From Brevinematales bacterium (lineage in GTDB: Bacteria; Spirochaetota; Brevinematia; Brevinematales; GWF1-51-8), in contig JAGVBZ010000014.1 of assembly GCA_020059465.1 (NCBI GenBank), positions 25,170-89,169 of the forward strand: a stretch of DNA of 64,000 nucleotides, in the 5' to 3' direction. A program made the position numbers and the translations under genes. Below the pieces are notes generated by a model. The model saw nothing but the letters and a program-made list of their open reading frames with translations. It had not been told where the DNA came from and searched no databases. How positions within the stretch are numbered: position 1 is the stretch's first letter; each line of letters starts with the position of its first letter. This document shows positions 27,943 through 37,539 of the stretch, one piece after another.

Positions 27943-30900
27943 ATGAAAAGCCCCCTTTTTGAAACCATCCGCGATCATATCGAATGGGAATCCCTGCTTG
28001 GGAATCTTGGTTCGAACCGCGTCACGAATCTCCGCGCACCGCTCGGGGTCATCCCGTTCCTGCTGTCCGTGCTGTCGAATACGCATACCGCTATTTATGC
28101 CGCTGTCGATGAAATTCAGGCGGAAGGGGTATTCGAGACCGCGAAAACGCTCGAAAAAGACCGGGTGCTGTTTTTTCCCGATATCGACGTTATCCCGTTC
28201 ACAAATATTTTCCCCTCGGCGGATAAACTTGCCGACCGGATGAGCGCGCTTTTCCGGATGGCGAATACCGATAAACCCCTAATTATTGTCACGACATTGG
28301 AATCCCTCCTGCGAAAACTTCCCCCGAAGGCCGCGCTCGATAAAAGTATCCTCAACCTGAAAACGGGGATGACCAAAGATCCGGCGGAACTTGCCCGGAC
28401 GCTCGCGGGGCTTTCCTATATCCGCGAATATAAGGTTACCGAACCGGGGTGTTTTTCCATCCGCGGGGATATCATCGACATCTTCCCGCCGCATTTCAAG
28501 GACGCGGTGCGGATCAGCCTGTTCGGCGACGAGATCGAGTCGATCCGCGTATTCAATCCGGTCACACAGAAGTCAATCGATGAAATTCCCGAATTATCCA
28601 TCATCCCCGCGTCGGAGTTTTCCTTATGGAAGGAGAAAGACATACCCGACGGGGAGTATGACGATACAGTCATGCATTCCCGCTTTCCGGAGTTTTATTC
28701 CCGTACGGACGGGATGACCGCATACTCGGCATACCCGTCTGCGGTAGTGCTCCCGGACAATTGGATACGGACGGGCGAGGATATATATAATAAATATTCC
28801 CGATATATGCCGGAGGATATCCCGCCTGAGTATATTCTGAACCGTTTCGAGGACATGAACCCCGATAAAATCATCGAACTGACTGATAATCCCGCCGCTG
28901 AGGCGATTACTCTGAACGTCCGTCACCCGTCGGTACTTGAGGGAGGGTTTTCCAGCTTCGTACGCTTCCTGGAGGAGAGTTCCCGCGACGGAAACCGTAA
29001 AAAAACATTTATCTTCGCGGAATATGAAGACCTTGCGCTCCGGCTGGAAAAAATCATGCGGAAGTCCGACCCGAAGGTCATTTATCCCGGCGACACCCTC
29101 CCCGGGGATAAAGATACTCTGATCGTCGTCGCTAATATCGAGACGGGGTTCGAGTTGACGACCGGTGACGGTGAAATATGGCGGGTGTACAGCGAAAGCG
29201 ACGTCAGCGGGAAGAAGCGCCTGTTCCGCAAACGTATCCGCCAGATCGATTCGTTCTTCGAGGGTGTCGAGGATATCGCTGAGGGCGAATATGTGGTGCA
29301 TCTCAATCACGGCATCGGGGTATTCCGGGGTATCCGGCGTATCAACGTGCTCGGCAAGGAGAAGGACTATATCCTGATCGAGTACGCCGATAACGAGAAG
29401 CTGTTCGCGCCGCTCGAACAGGCGGGAATGATCGGGAAATATATCGGCGCGGGCGTCGCGAAACCGCACCTCGACTCAATCGGGAGTAAAAGCTGGGCGA
29501 AGAAGCGCGACGCTGTACAGAGAAGCGTCGAGGAGTTCGCGCGGAAGCTCATCGCGATCTATGCGAAACGCGCGGAACTGCAGGGTCACCGTTTCGGCGA
29601 CGATACCGGGTGGCAGAAGGAATTCGAGGACCAGTTCGAATATATCGAGACCCCCGATCAGGTTCGGGTGCTCGAGGAGATCAAGAAGGATATGGAAAGC
29701 CAGAAACCGATGGAACGCCTGTTATGCGGCGACGTCGGGTTCGGGAAGACGGAAGTAGCGATGCGCGCGGCGTTTAAGGCCGTGATGGACGGTATGCAGG
29801 TCGCGCTGATTGCGCCGACTACCGTGCTGGTCGAACAGCATTACTACACGTTCACCGAACGTTTTCAGGGCTTTCCCGTAAAGATAGCTTCGGTATCGCG
29901 TTTTACCCCGCGCCGCGACGTGACCCGTTATAAGCAAGAACTGAAGGAGCATAAACTCGACGTCATTATCGGGACACATATCCTGTTCTCCGATAGTTTC
30001 GCGTTCCATTCGCTGGGACTGGTGATTATCGACGAGGAGCACAAGTTCGGGGTGGAGCATAAGGAGAACCTGAAGGAACGTCACCCGAATGTGGACTTCC
30101 TATCATTGTCGGCGACGCCGATACCGCGTACCCTGAACCTTGCGTTGTCGTCCATCCGGGATATATCGCTTCTCCAGACCCCGCCCGATATGCGTATCCC
30201 GATAGAGACACAGGTTGCGGATTATTCAGGCGAAGTGGTGAAGTTTGCTATCGAACGGGAGCTCGACCGGGGCGGGCAGGTCTATTTCGTGCATAATTCC
30301 ATCAAGCGTCTCCCTGAGTACGCTTATTCCATAGAGAAGATGGTGCCGAAAGCGAAAGTCGCGATAGGGCACGGCCAGATGGAGGAGGAACAGCTCGACG
30401 AGGCTTTCCTCGGGTTCGTGAAGGGGCATTACAACGTATTCGTGTGCACGACCATCATCGAATCAGGGCTGGATATCCCCAACTCCAACACGATCATCAT
30501 CAGCGACGCCCAGCGTTACGGCCTATCCCAGCTCTATCAGCTCAAGGGGCGAGTCGGCCGCGCGAAACGTCAGGGATACGCATACTTCCTATTCCCGAAG
30601 GACAGGGTGCTGACCGAGGAGGCGCAGAAACGCCTCTATGTTATCAACGAATACACCGACCTCGGGGCGGGATTCCAGATTGCGAAGAAAGACCTCGAAA
30701 TACGCGGCGCGGGGAATATCCTCGGGCGCGAACAGCACGGGAATATCGCGGCGGTCGGGTACGATTCGTATATCCGGATGCTCCGCGAGGAAATCCAGCG
30801 CCTCAAGGGCGAGTTCAAGGCTGTGACCGATACCCTGATCGACCTGAACTATCACGCGTTTATCCCCGACGAGTATATCGCCGAACCGTCGCTGAAAATG

Positions 30901-31284
30901 GAAGTCTATAAAAAGGTGCTCTCCGTGCGCGACGAGAGCGATATCCGTGAATTATCCGCCGAGTTCGCCGACCGTTTCGGGCGCGTCCCGGACGAAGTGG
31001 CGACCCTTTTCGAGATATCGCGGATGAAGATTAAAGCGTGCGAGATGGGGATCGAGTCGCTGATCGAGATCGGGCAATGGATCGAGATCTCGTTCTCGAA
31101 GTACTCGAAGGTCGATCCCGGAAAGGTGCTGACCCTGATCGGAACGGGAAAGCACCCGATAAAAATCAACCCGGTGCAGAAAAATAAGATATTTTACGAA
31201 CGTTTCGAGTCGGATATTTCGATCAAGGTCAGGCGGCTGTCCTCATTTTTGGACGACATACGCGAGCCATTGCATGGCGGCTAG
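27943..31284 (+). CDS. mfd: transcription-repair coupling factor Mfd
   Basis: 1113 aa with a UvrB-homology N-terminus, a CarD-like RNAP-interaction domain (EGEYVVHLNHGIGVF), and superfamily-2 helicase motifs (GDVGFGKTEVA, DEEH, SATPIPRT, QLYQLKGRVGR). Confidence 0.95.
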   Translation: MKSPLFETIRDHIEWESLLGNLGSNRVTNLRAPLGVIPFLLSVLSNTHTAIYAAVDEIQAEGVFETAKTLEKDRVLFFPDIDVIPFTNIFPSADKLADRMSALFRMANTDKPLIIVTTLESLLRKLPPKAALDKSILNLKTGMTKDPAELARTLAGLSYIREYKVTEPGCFSIRGDIIDIFPPHFKDAVRISLFGDEIESIRVFNPVTQKSIDEIPELSIIPASEFSLWKEKDIPDGEYDDTVMHSRFPEFYSRTDGMTAYSAYPSAVVLPDNWIRTGEDIYNKYSRYMPEDIPPEYILNRFEDMNPDKIIELTDNPAAEAITLNVRHPSVLEGGFSSFVRFLEESSRDGNRKKTFIFAEYEDLALRLEKIMRKSDPKVIYPGDTLPGDKDTLIVVANIETGFELTTGDGEIWRVYSESDVSGKKRLFRKRIRQIDSFFEGVEDIAEGEYVVHLNHGIGVFRGIRRINVLGKEKDYILIEYADNEKLFAPLEQAGMIGKYIGAGVAKPHLDSIGSKSWAKKRDAVQRSVEEFARKLIAIYAKRAELQGHRFGDDTGWQKEFEDQFEYIETPDQVRVLEEIKKDMESQKPMERLLCGDVGFGKTEVAMRAAFKAVMDGMQVALIAPTTVLVEQHYYTFTERFQGFPVKIASVSRFTPRRDVTRYKQELKEHKLDVIIGTHILFSDSFAFHSLGLVIIDEEHKFGVEHKENLKERHPNVDFLSLSATPIPRTLNLALSSIRDISLLQTPPDMRIPIETQVADYSGEVVKFAIERELDRGGQVYFVHNSIKRLPEYAYSIEKMVPKAKVAIGHGQMEEEQLDEAFLGFVKGHYNVFVCTTIIESGLDIPNSNTIIISDAQRYGLSQLYQLKGRVGRAKRQGYAYFLFPKDRVLTEEAQKRLYVINEYTDLGAGFQIAKKDLEIRGAGNILGREQHGNIAAVGYDSYIRMLREEIQRLKGEFKAVTDTLIDLNYHAFIPDEYIAEPSLKMEVYKKVLSVRDESDIRELSAEFADRFGRVPDEVATLFEISRMKIKACEMGIESLIEIGQWIEISFSKYSKVDPGKVLTLIGTGKHPIKINPVQKNKIFYERFESDISIKVRRLSSFLDDIREPLHGG

Positions 31285-31475
31285 ACCCGATTTCCGGCTG
31301 AATAGTAAAATTGAAATATTGCCCGTGTTGAGGATGTGAGCAAAAAGTTCCCCGTTCGGGAGAGCCATTGCATGGCGGCTAGACCCGATCTCCGGCTGAA
31401 TGGTAAAATTGAAATATTGCCCGTGTTGAGGATATGAACAAAAAGTTACCGTTTCGGGAGAGCCATTGCATGGGT
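31264..31475. repeat. 98-bp tandem repeat (2 full copies plus the start of a third) that includes the last 21 nt of mfd
   Basis: gagccattgcatggcggctagacccgat... starts at 31264 and again at 31362. gagccattgcatgggtgctg starts at 31460. Copies 1 and 2 differ at only a few positions. Confidence 0.85.
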
Positions 31476-31871
31476 GCTGCGCACGCTAGCCCCGACCGTT
31501 GCGCGGGCTAACCCCATTACGTAAAAGCGCGAACGGATGAATGCTTAGCCTGCGACGTTTATAAAGTCTGCCGTTAGTGTGTACAGCACCTTTGCATGAC
31601 GGTATGCCCTCGCAATAAGTACCGTAGTTACCCGTTGACAACCCGTGATGCGAGTGATATGTCATAGTGAGCTTGCCGAACTATGACTGATACAATATCT
31701 GCGGTAATGGGTTTAGCCATGTGCGGTGGCTAACGCTGATATTGGAGTAAAATATCCGAACATGGGCTATGTCCTTATCCTATGCATCCGCTTGATATCG
31801 GGATTAGTATGCGCAGCACGTTGACAGGAAACGGGACGCCCGATATAATATTCGCTTCTGCGAGGCTTAAT

Positions 31872-33548
31872 ATGAAATATGCATTACTATTTTTATTCTT
31901 TCTGGCTATCGGCGTACAGGCGTATCCGGGTATCAATCAGGAACTGATTCAGGCGTGCGACAAGGGCGATACTGAATGGGTGACGGCGCTCGCGGCGAAG
32001 GGAGCGGACCTGAATTATCAGATAGTCGCGTATTACGAGACCCGCGAGGTGACAGTGATCACGCCGCTTTTCTACGCCGCAGAAAAGAACTATCTCCCGC
32101 TCATGGAATTTCTTTTATCTAAAGGTGTGGGAGTGAACACGCTCTGCGGACGGCGCGGTTCCGAAACCGCCCTGCATATCGCGGCGTCGCACGGTTTCGC
32201 CGGGATAGCGAATCTGCTGATAAAAAAGGGCGCGGATGTCAAGGCGAAGGATATTTTTCTGAAAACTCCCCTGCATGACGCGGTCGAGGCGGGAAATCTG
32301 CTGATAGTGAAGGGACTTTGCGAGAAGGGCGCGGGTGTAAACGACGCCGACCACAAGGGTTGGACGCCCCTGCATTATGCGGCGTTCTACGGCTACCCCG
32401 AGATCGCGGAATACCTGATCGTGAAGGGCGCGAAAACGGGGGCGAAGGCGGAGTACGGCGATACCCCTCTGCATCTCGCGGCATGGAGGGGGAATTTTAC
32501 CACCGGCAAACTCCTGATCGAAAACGGCGCAGACCCCTCCGCGACTAACGTTATGGGGCAAACCCCGATTGACTTATATGTCAGTGAAAATAAATCGTCG
32601 GAAATGCATTGGTATGCCGCGATAGGGGACACGAACGGGCTTGAGAAAGCGCTTGCGACGGGAGTTCCTGTGAATACGGCGGATATGTACGGCCAGCAGG
32701 CGGCGCATCTGGCGTGCCATTTCGGTAATCTGGACGCCGCGTTACTCCTGAACTCGAAAGGCGCATCCTTTACCTCGCCGGATAACGCTGGACGGCTTTG
32801 TATCCATCACGCGATCATCGGAGGGTATACGAATACGTTCTTCATGCTCGCGGAGAAAAACGCCGGACTGTATGCGGCAGACAGCGCCGGGAAGAACACC
32901 ATTCATTATGCCGCCGAGTATAAAATGCATCCTGCTGTGATACTGCTTTGCAGCAATAAAGGTGCGCTCGAGGCGAAGGATAAGAAGGAATGGACGCCGC
33001 TTAGTTATGCGGTAAAAGCGGGGTTTTCCGACGCTGTGACGCTTATTCTATCGATGGGAATCAGACAGGACACGGCGGATCATGATAAACTCACTCCGCT
33101 TCATATCGCGGTCAAGTACCGTTTTACCGGTATCGCGGATATTCTTCTGCAAAACGGGGCGAGTATCAATACGCCGGATGCGTACGGCTGGACTCCTTTG
33201 TTTTACGCCGCATATAACGGCGATGTTTTCACGATCGATATGCTGATCTCGAAGGGCGCAAATCCGTCGGTGAAGGATAAAACAGGATGGACTCCTATAT
33301 TCTATACCGTGCTCCGTGCGAAGAACGACGCGGTGAAGTACCTTGCGAATCATGGCGGGGTTGTAAACGGCATCGATGCATTGAATGAAAACCTCCTGCA
33401 TGTCGCGGCGGGGTGCGGGAACTACGGCACTGTGGGATTTCTTCTCTCTAAGGGGCTTGATAAGTCACAAAAAAACTTTCACGATAAAACGCCTTACGAT
33501 ATAGCGGTAACTGCCGGATTTTCGGCTATCGCGGAGCTTCTAAAATAG
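31872..33548 (+). CDS. secreted ankyrin-repeat protein (about 16 ANK repeats)
   Basis: Signal peptide MKYALLFLFFLAIGVQA. It is followed by recurring 33-aa units with the G-x-TPLH-x-A...G...v..LL..GA motif. The track ORF starts at 31782; ATG 31872 precedes the signal peptide. Confidence 0.85.
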   Translation: MKYALLFLFFLAIGVQAYPGINQELIQACDKGDTEWVTALAAKGADLNYQIVAYYETREVTVITPLFYAAEKNYLPLMEFLLSKGVGVNTLCGRRGSETALHIAASHGFAGIANLLIKKGADVKAKDIFLKTPLHDAVEAGNLLIVKGLCEKGAGVNDADHKGWTPLHYAAFYGYPEIAEYLIVKGAKTGAKAEYGDTPLHLAAWRGNFTTGKLLIENGADPSATNVMGQTPIDLYVSENKSSEMHWYAAIGDTNGLEKALATGVPVNTADMYGQQAAHLACHFGNLDAALLLNSKGASFTSPDNAGRLCIHHAIIGGYTNTFFMLAEKNAGLYAADSAGKNTIHYAAEYKMHPAVILLCSNKGALEAKDKKEWTPLSYAVKAGFSDAVTLILSMGIRQDTADHDKLTPLHIAVKYRFTGIADILLQNGASINTPDAYGWTPLFYAAYNGDVFTIDMLISKGANPSVKDKTGWTPIFYTVLRAKNDAVKYLANHGGVVNGIDALNENLLHVAAGCGNYGTVGFLLSKGLDKSQKNFHDKTPYDIAVTAGFSAIAELLK

Positions 33549-33563
33549 CGTTCGGAGGGTGAT

Positions 33564-34328
33564 ATGGATTGGAAACTTTTATTCAGTACGTTTGCGCTGG
33601 TATTTTTAGCGGAATTGGGCGATAAGACGCAGTTGACCGCGCTCGCCGCGTCCGCAGGGTCGAAATCCCCGTGGTCGGTGTTTATCGGCGCGTCGCTCGC
33701 GCTGGTGGTATCGACACTGATCGCGACATTGGTCGGTTCAGCTCTCAAATCGGTGCTTCCGGAGAAAGTGATAAAAATCGCAGCCGCCGTTCTTTTCCTC
33801 GTTTTCGGCGGAATCCTGCTCTATACGACACTTGCCGGAAAAGAAGGGATTATCAAGGCTGCGCCCGCGGATACCGAATGGAAACCCGGTACGGTTGAAC
33901 GCTTCGCGCTCCGGCTGGCGCTCGAGTTCGAGAAGAGCAGTGTCAGCGATTATGAGAATTTCGCATGCACATTCGAGAATGAATCCGTATGCGCCGTGTT
34001 CCGCGAGTTGGCGGACGACGAACTCAGGCATCACCGGGAACTGGAAGAATTGGCAGGCGCGGAGAAGCAGGAGCTTCCCGAGAAGGCCGAGGGATTACCG
34101 GAGGGATATCCCAACGCTCATCCCGGCAGTGTGGGAATAGACTCCGTATCAGACCTGACTGAGGTAATCGAACGGGCTATCGCGCACGAGAACGACGCGG
34201 TGGAATTTTACCGGTCGCTCGCGAAACATACCCCGTTACCGAAACTTGCATCGGCGTTCGGCAGTCTCGCCGACAGAGAATTTGCCCATATGGAAAAACT
34301 AAAAAAACTGCGGGAACAAATAGTATAA
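33564..34328 (+). CDS. UPF0016 (GDT1/TMEM165) single-repeat membrane domain fused to a rubrerythrin/ferritin-like domain
   Basis: N-terminal three TM helices carry the family motif AELGDKTQL. The C-terminal half has two E...ExxH pairs (LEFEKS...DDELRHH; AHENDAVEFY...DREFAHMEKL). Confidence 0.75.
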   Translation: MDWKLLFSTFALVFLAELGDKTQLTALAASAGSKSPWSVFIGASLALVVSTLIATLVGSALKSVLPEKVIKIAAAVLFLVFGGILLYTTLAGKEGIIKAAPADTEWKPGTVERFALRLALEFEKSSVSDYENFACTFENESVCAVFRELADDELRHHRELEELAGAEKQELPEKAEGLPEGYPNAHPGSVGIDSVSDLTEVIERAIAHENDAVEFYRSLAKHTPLPKLASAFGSLADREFAHMEKLKKLREQIV

Positions 34329-34337
34329 GGAGACGAG

Positions 34338-35150
34338 ATGCGTTATTTCATATTATTACTTTTTATGCCGTTTTTAATCCTTTCGGGGGAAACGCCCGCA
34401 GAAAAAGCGGATTATCAGATGCTGAAAAAATCCATTGTCGAGAAATATAAGGATAAGAAACCGAAGGTGAGCGGCGCGTATATCACGGGCGTGAAATTAA
34501 AAATAGACACTAAAGAAAAAATAATGGCGCTTACCCTCGACGCGTGCGGCGGCCCGAAAGGATCGAAGTACGATAAGGAACTTATCGATTACCTGATCGA
34601 GAAAAAAATCCCGGCGACCTTATTTATCAACGCGCGGTGGATCGACGCGAACCCCGCGATATTCGCGGAACTGGCCGCGAATCCGTTATTCGAGATAGAA
34701 AGCCACGGACTATACCACAAGCCTTGCGTGGTGACTGGAAATGAGCACTACGGGGTGAAGGGGACGAAGGATGCCGGCGAGGTGGTGGACGAGGTGAAGC
34801 TTTCCGCGATGAAAATCGAGGCGGTCACCGGGAAAAAAGTACTGTTCTACCGTCCCGGCACCGCTGTGTGCGATAACGTCGCGTTGGCGATAGTCAAGGA
34901 ACTGGGTTACGAAGCGGTATCGTTCAACCTGTTTACCTACGATTTCGATCAGTCGTCGACCGCGAAAAAGATCGCCGATTGCCTGATAAAAGGGACGAAG
35001 CCCGGCGCGATCATTCTCATGCATATGAACTTTCCCGAACGGAACACGCTGGAGGGGCTGAAGATCGCCATGCCAGTGATCATGTCCAAGGGGTATAAAT
35101 TTATCCTGCTGAGGGATTATAAAGACCAGCTTGTCGGCGCGGGGGAATAG
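34338..35150 (+). CDS. polysaccharide deacetylase (NodB homology domain) family protein
   Basis: Signal peptide, then LTLDACGG, IESHGLYH and ILMHMN motifs typical of CE4 deacetylases. Confidence 0.8.
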   Translation: MRYFILLLFMPFLILSGETPAEKADYQMLKKSIVEKYKDKKPKVSGAYITGVKLKIDTKEKIMALTLDACGGPKGSKYDKELIDYLIEKKIPATLFINARWIDANPAIFAELAANPLFEIESHGLYHKPCVVTGNEHYGVKGTKDAGEVVDEVKLSAMKIEAVTGKKVLFYRPGTAVCDNVALAIVKELGYEAVSFNLFTYDFDQSSTAKKIADCLIKGTKPGAIILMHMNFPERNTLEGLKIAMPVIMSKGYKFILLRDYKDQLVGAGE

Positions 35151-35164
35151 TCATTCATTCGGCA

Positions 35165-35752
35165 TTACAGCTTGAATCCCAGCATCAATCCCGTCTGGAA
35201 ATACACGGGGTTTCCGAGAGTCAGATGCGCTCCCGCGAACGGCTCGATGAAAAGAAAATAAGCCGGGCAGATTCTCACGGAGGCCCGTGCGTTCAGTCCG
35301 AAGTTTAACGATCCCACTATGTCGGGGGAAATCCCGACACTCACGCTGGGCGCGAAAACCCCTGTGATAAAGAAATACCTCGCCTCCACACCGAACGAAA
35401 CCCCGGTTATATAATAGGCATAAGTCTCATATCCATGAGTGTAGTAGTTATATGACGTGGATAAATAGGAATACCGGTGCCCGTAGATCCAGATATCCAC
35501 CGCGAAATTCCGGCTCCAGAATTCAAAGAACACATTCGGCGCTGTATTGATGAAATCGAACCCCAGCGCGGCGAAAATCCCCTCGTGTGCGCTGCCGGGC
35601 ATGTTTTGCGCTTTCGATTTTTTCGCCGCCTCGGCCGCGGTATAATCCGGATTCAGGAAATCGTTCCCGCCGGGCACGGGATTCATGAAGTCCCCGCAAA
35701 ACAGGGGGGATGCCGGAACGATGAAAAGAAGAATGATAATAATATATTTCAC
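35165..35752 (-). CDS. hypothetical secreted protein, possibly a small beta-barrel outer-membrane protein
   Basis: Signal peptide MKYIIIILLFIVPASPLFC. The sequence is rich in Gly and aromatic residues with an alternating beta-strand pattern. Confidence 0.45.
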   Translation of the reverse strand: MKYIIIILLFIVPASPLFCGDFMNPVPGGNDFLNPDYTAAEAAKKSKAQNMPGSAHEGIFAALGFDFINTAPNVFFEFWSRNFAVDIWIYGHRYSYLSTSYNYYTHGYETYAYYITGVSFGVEARYFFITGVFAPSVSVGISPDIVGSLNFGLNARASVRICPAYFLFIEPFAGAHLTLGNPVYFQTGLMLGFKL

Positions 35753-35763
35753 CCCGCGCTCCT

Positions 35764-36303
35764 TTAATTTCCCCCGGACGGCGCTTTCAGCTGGATCGCC
35801 TTCCCGTACACGGTCGCGGTGATCTTATTCGTATAACAGATGATCGCCGAACCCTGACTGTTGTACTCCGCCGCGCGGTCGTACTCGAAACTGAAATGCG
35901 GGAATATGATGAAATCGGCGGTGGGGTATACCAGCATGGCGTTATAAAGCGCCGAGCGCGCCGCCAACTCTTCCGCTTTTCCGAACGACGGCGATGAGGC
36001 ATTCCCGGCCTTCATAGTGAACCCGAACATGACGCTTTCATCCCCGAAGTACGCCAATTTTTTATCCGCGATAAAGACAAACTCCTTGCCGTTATAAACC
36101 TCCAGCGCAGATCCCTTACCGCTGACAGACCCGAGGACAGTGAAATCCTCCATTTTCAGATTCAGATCGAGGTTTGCCTTATAGGTGCCCGGCACCAGAC
36201 GGTTCACTACCATGTCAGTACCGCTTGCTTTCAGCGGAGGCTTCGCACAGCCCGATAGGACGGTGAGCAGAATAAAAACAGATAATAATATCTTTCGCAT
36301 CAT
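35764..36303 (-). CDS. hypothetical lipoprotein
   Basis: MMRKILLSVFILLTVLSGC lipobox. Start moved from the track's 36378 to ATG 36303. Confidence 0.55.
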   Translation of the reverse strand: MMRKILLSVFILLTVLSGCAKPPLKASGTDMVVNRLVPGTYKANLDLNLKMEDFTVLGSVSGKGSALEVYNGKEFVFIADKKLAYFGDESVMFGFTMKAGNASSPSFGKAEELAARSALYNAMLVYPTADFIIFPHFSFEYDRAAEYNSQGSAIICYTNKITATVYGKAIQLKAPSGGN

Positions 36304-36415
36304 GATCCTCCTGCGTGGTTTCAATACCTGATGCAAATATTTTACCGAAAGGATGCGCCGGGAAACGGAGTGCTTCAATACTTATCGCGCAGATGTAAAT
36401 AAGCCTCCATAGCGG

Positions 36416-37236
36416 TTACGGGATCACACTGACATCGAATGTGATAATATTCGGATCGGTTAGCGATATCGTACGGGTAATAGGGATCGATAAAATGTTA
36501 TCGTAATGCCCTTCCCAATCATACCCCGAATTTCTGGCGAGAGTGTTGGTTATATCGACATGACATGCAATATAGTAAGTAACAGGCGCATCATAAGTTT
36601 GGACATTGGTAACCGCCAGCGAGTTGCTGGAAGGAATAGTGCCGCCATATACTTTTTCAGTGAACAGTATTGGGTATGAGGAAAGTAGAATTGGGCTGGG
36701 GTCGAGATAGAGCGCATACGGTTTCCCCGAGTTGGTGCCGGGAAGCGTGACAATGAATGTCGCGCGTATCTTCTGGAACGTTACACTATAGGCGGATGCC
36801 CCGTCGATAACGAAATTTGTGGAACTTACAGGCTGGGAGTCGCCTGAAAGGATACTGGGGTCAAAATCCCCGTTCATATTCGTATCCTTGAAAATAAACA
36901 ATCCGTATTTTCCGCCCCCGCCGGCGCGAGATTCTTTATAATATTCGTAAAGCTGTAGGAAAAAGACGCTATTGCTGAAAGATGCATTACTTTATTCGAC
37001 CAATCGAACCGGTCGTTGAGGAGCGATATGTTTGTGTTTGTCATCGGGACAAGCACCAGCCCGACGTTTGTCAGCGCGCTCACATTCCATCCCGCGCCCC
37101 CGAGCTTAACCGTGACATTGAGGGTAGATTTGGTTATTGCGGGCGGAACTGTGCTGTTTCCGGACGGCTGTTGAGTGGTACAGCTTCCAATGGAAATGGC
37201 GAGAAAGAAAATTCCGGTATATTTTATGATTTTCAT
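36416..37236 (-). pseudogene. lipoprotein gene apparently split by a frameshift
   Basis: ORF 36874-37236 begins with lipobox LAISIGSC. ORF 36416-36901 begins at a TTG, but its frame stays open upstream to about 36990, reading ...SNSVFFLQLYEYYKESRAGGGGKYGLFIFKDTNMNGDFD. The two frames overlap by about 115 nt. Confidence 0.45.
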
Positions 37237-37539
37237 AGTAATCCTCCTGAGTAATCCCCAATTATTATAACATAAATGTTTTCCGTATGGAAGTCCTATC
37301 TATTCACATTTTAAACTATTTCGTTATACCGGCGGTCTTGCCGAAGCTGTCAATATTCAAAAAACATATTCCAATTTCTGAAAATTCTGATTTTGGTTCC
37401 GAACACCTTATACCGATACTTGAGAAGAAAAATAATTCCGCCCCTGCGGTACCGGTAAAGGATCGAATTCGTTTCCGCGGCGGGAACACGTTCGAGGACG
37501 ATGTCTGCGTAATCTGCATGGATATCCAATGGAGGCATA

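Noticed and set aside
28624-29469. 281-aa minus-strand ORF
   Set aside because: It is antisense to mfd and is a shadow ORF.
31465-31600. Structured ncRNA (SRP RNA-like closing helix ggtgctg...cagcacc with internal hairpins)
   Set aside because: I could not recognise any conserved SRP, tmRNA, RNase P or 6S motif. The pairings are explained by the decayed direct and inverted copies of the mfd-end repeat. It is kept only as part of the repeat finding.
37350-37538. 62-aa minus-strand ORF with a RelE/ParE-like-looking segment (ILYRYRRGGIIFLLKYRYK)
   Set aside because: It is too short for a toxin. Its start abuts the start codon of the divergent reductase gene, leaving no promoter space. There is no antitoxin partner. 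At most it is a degraded remnant.
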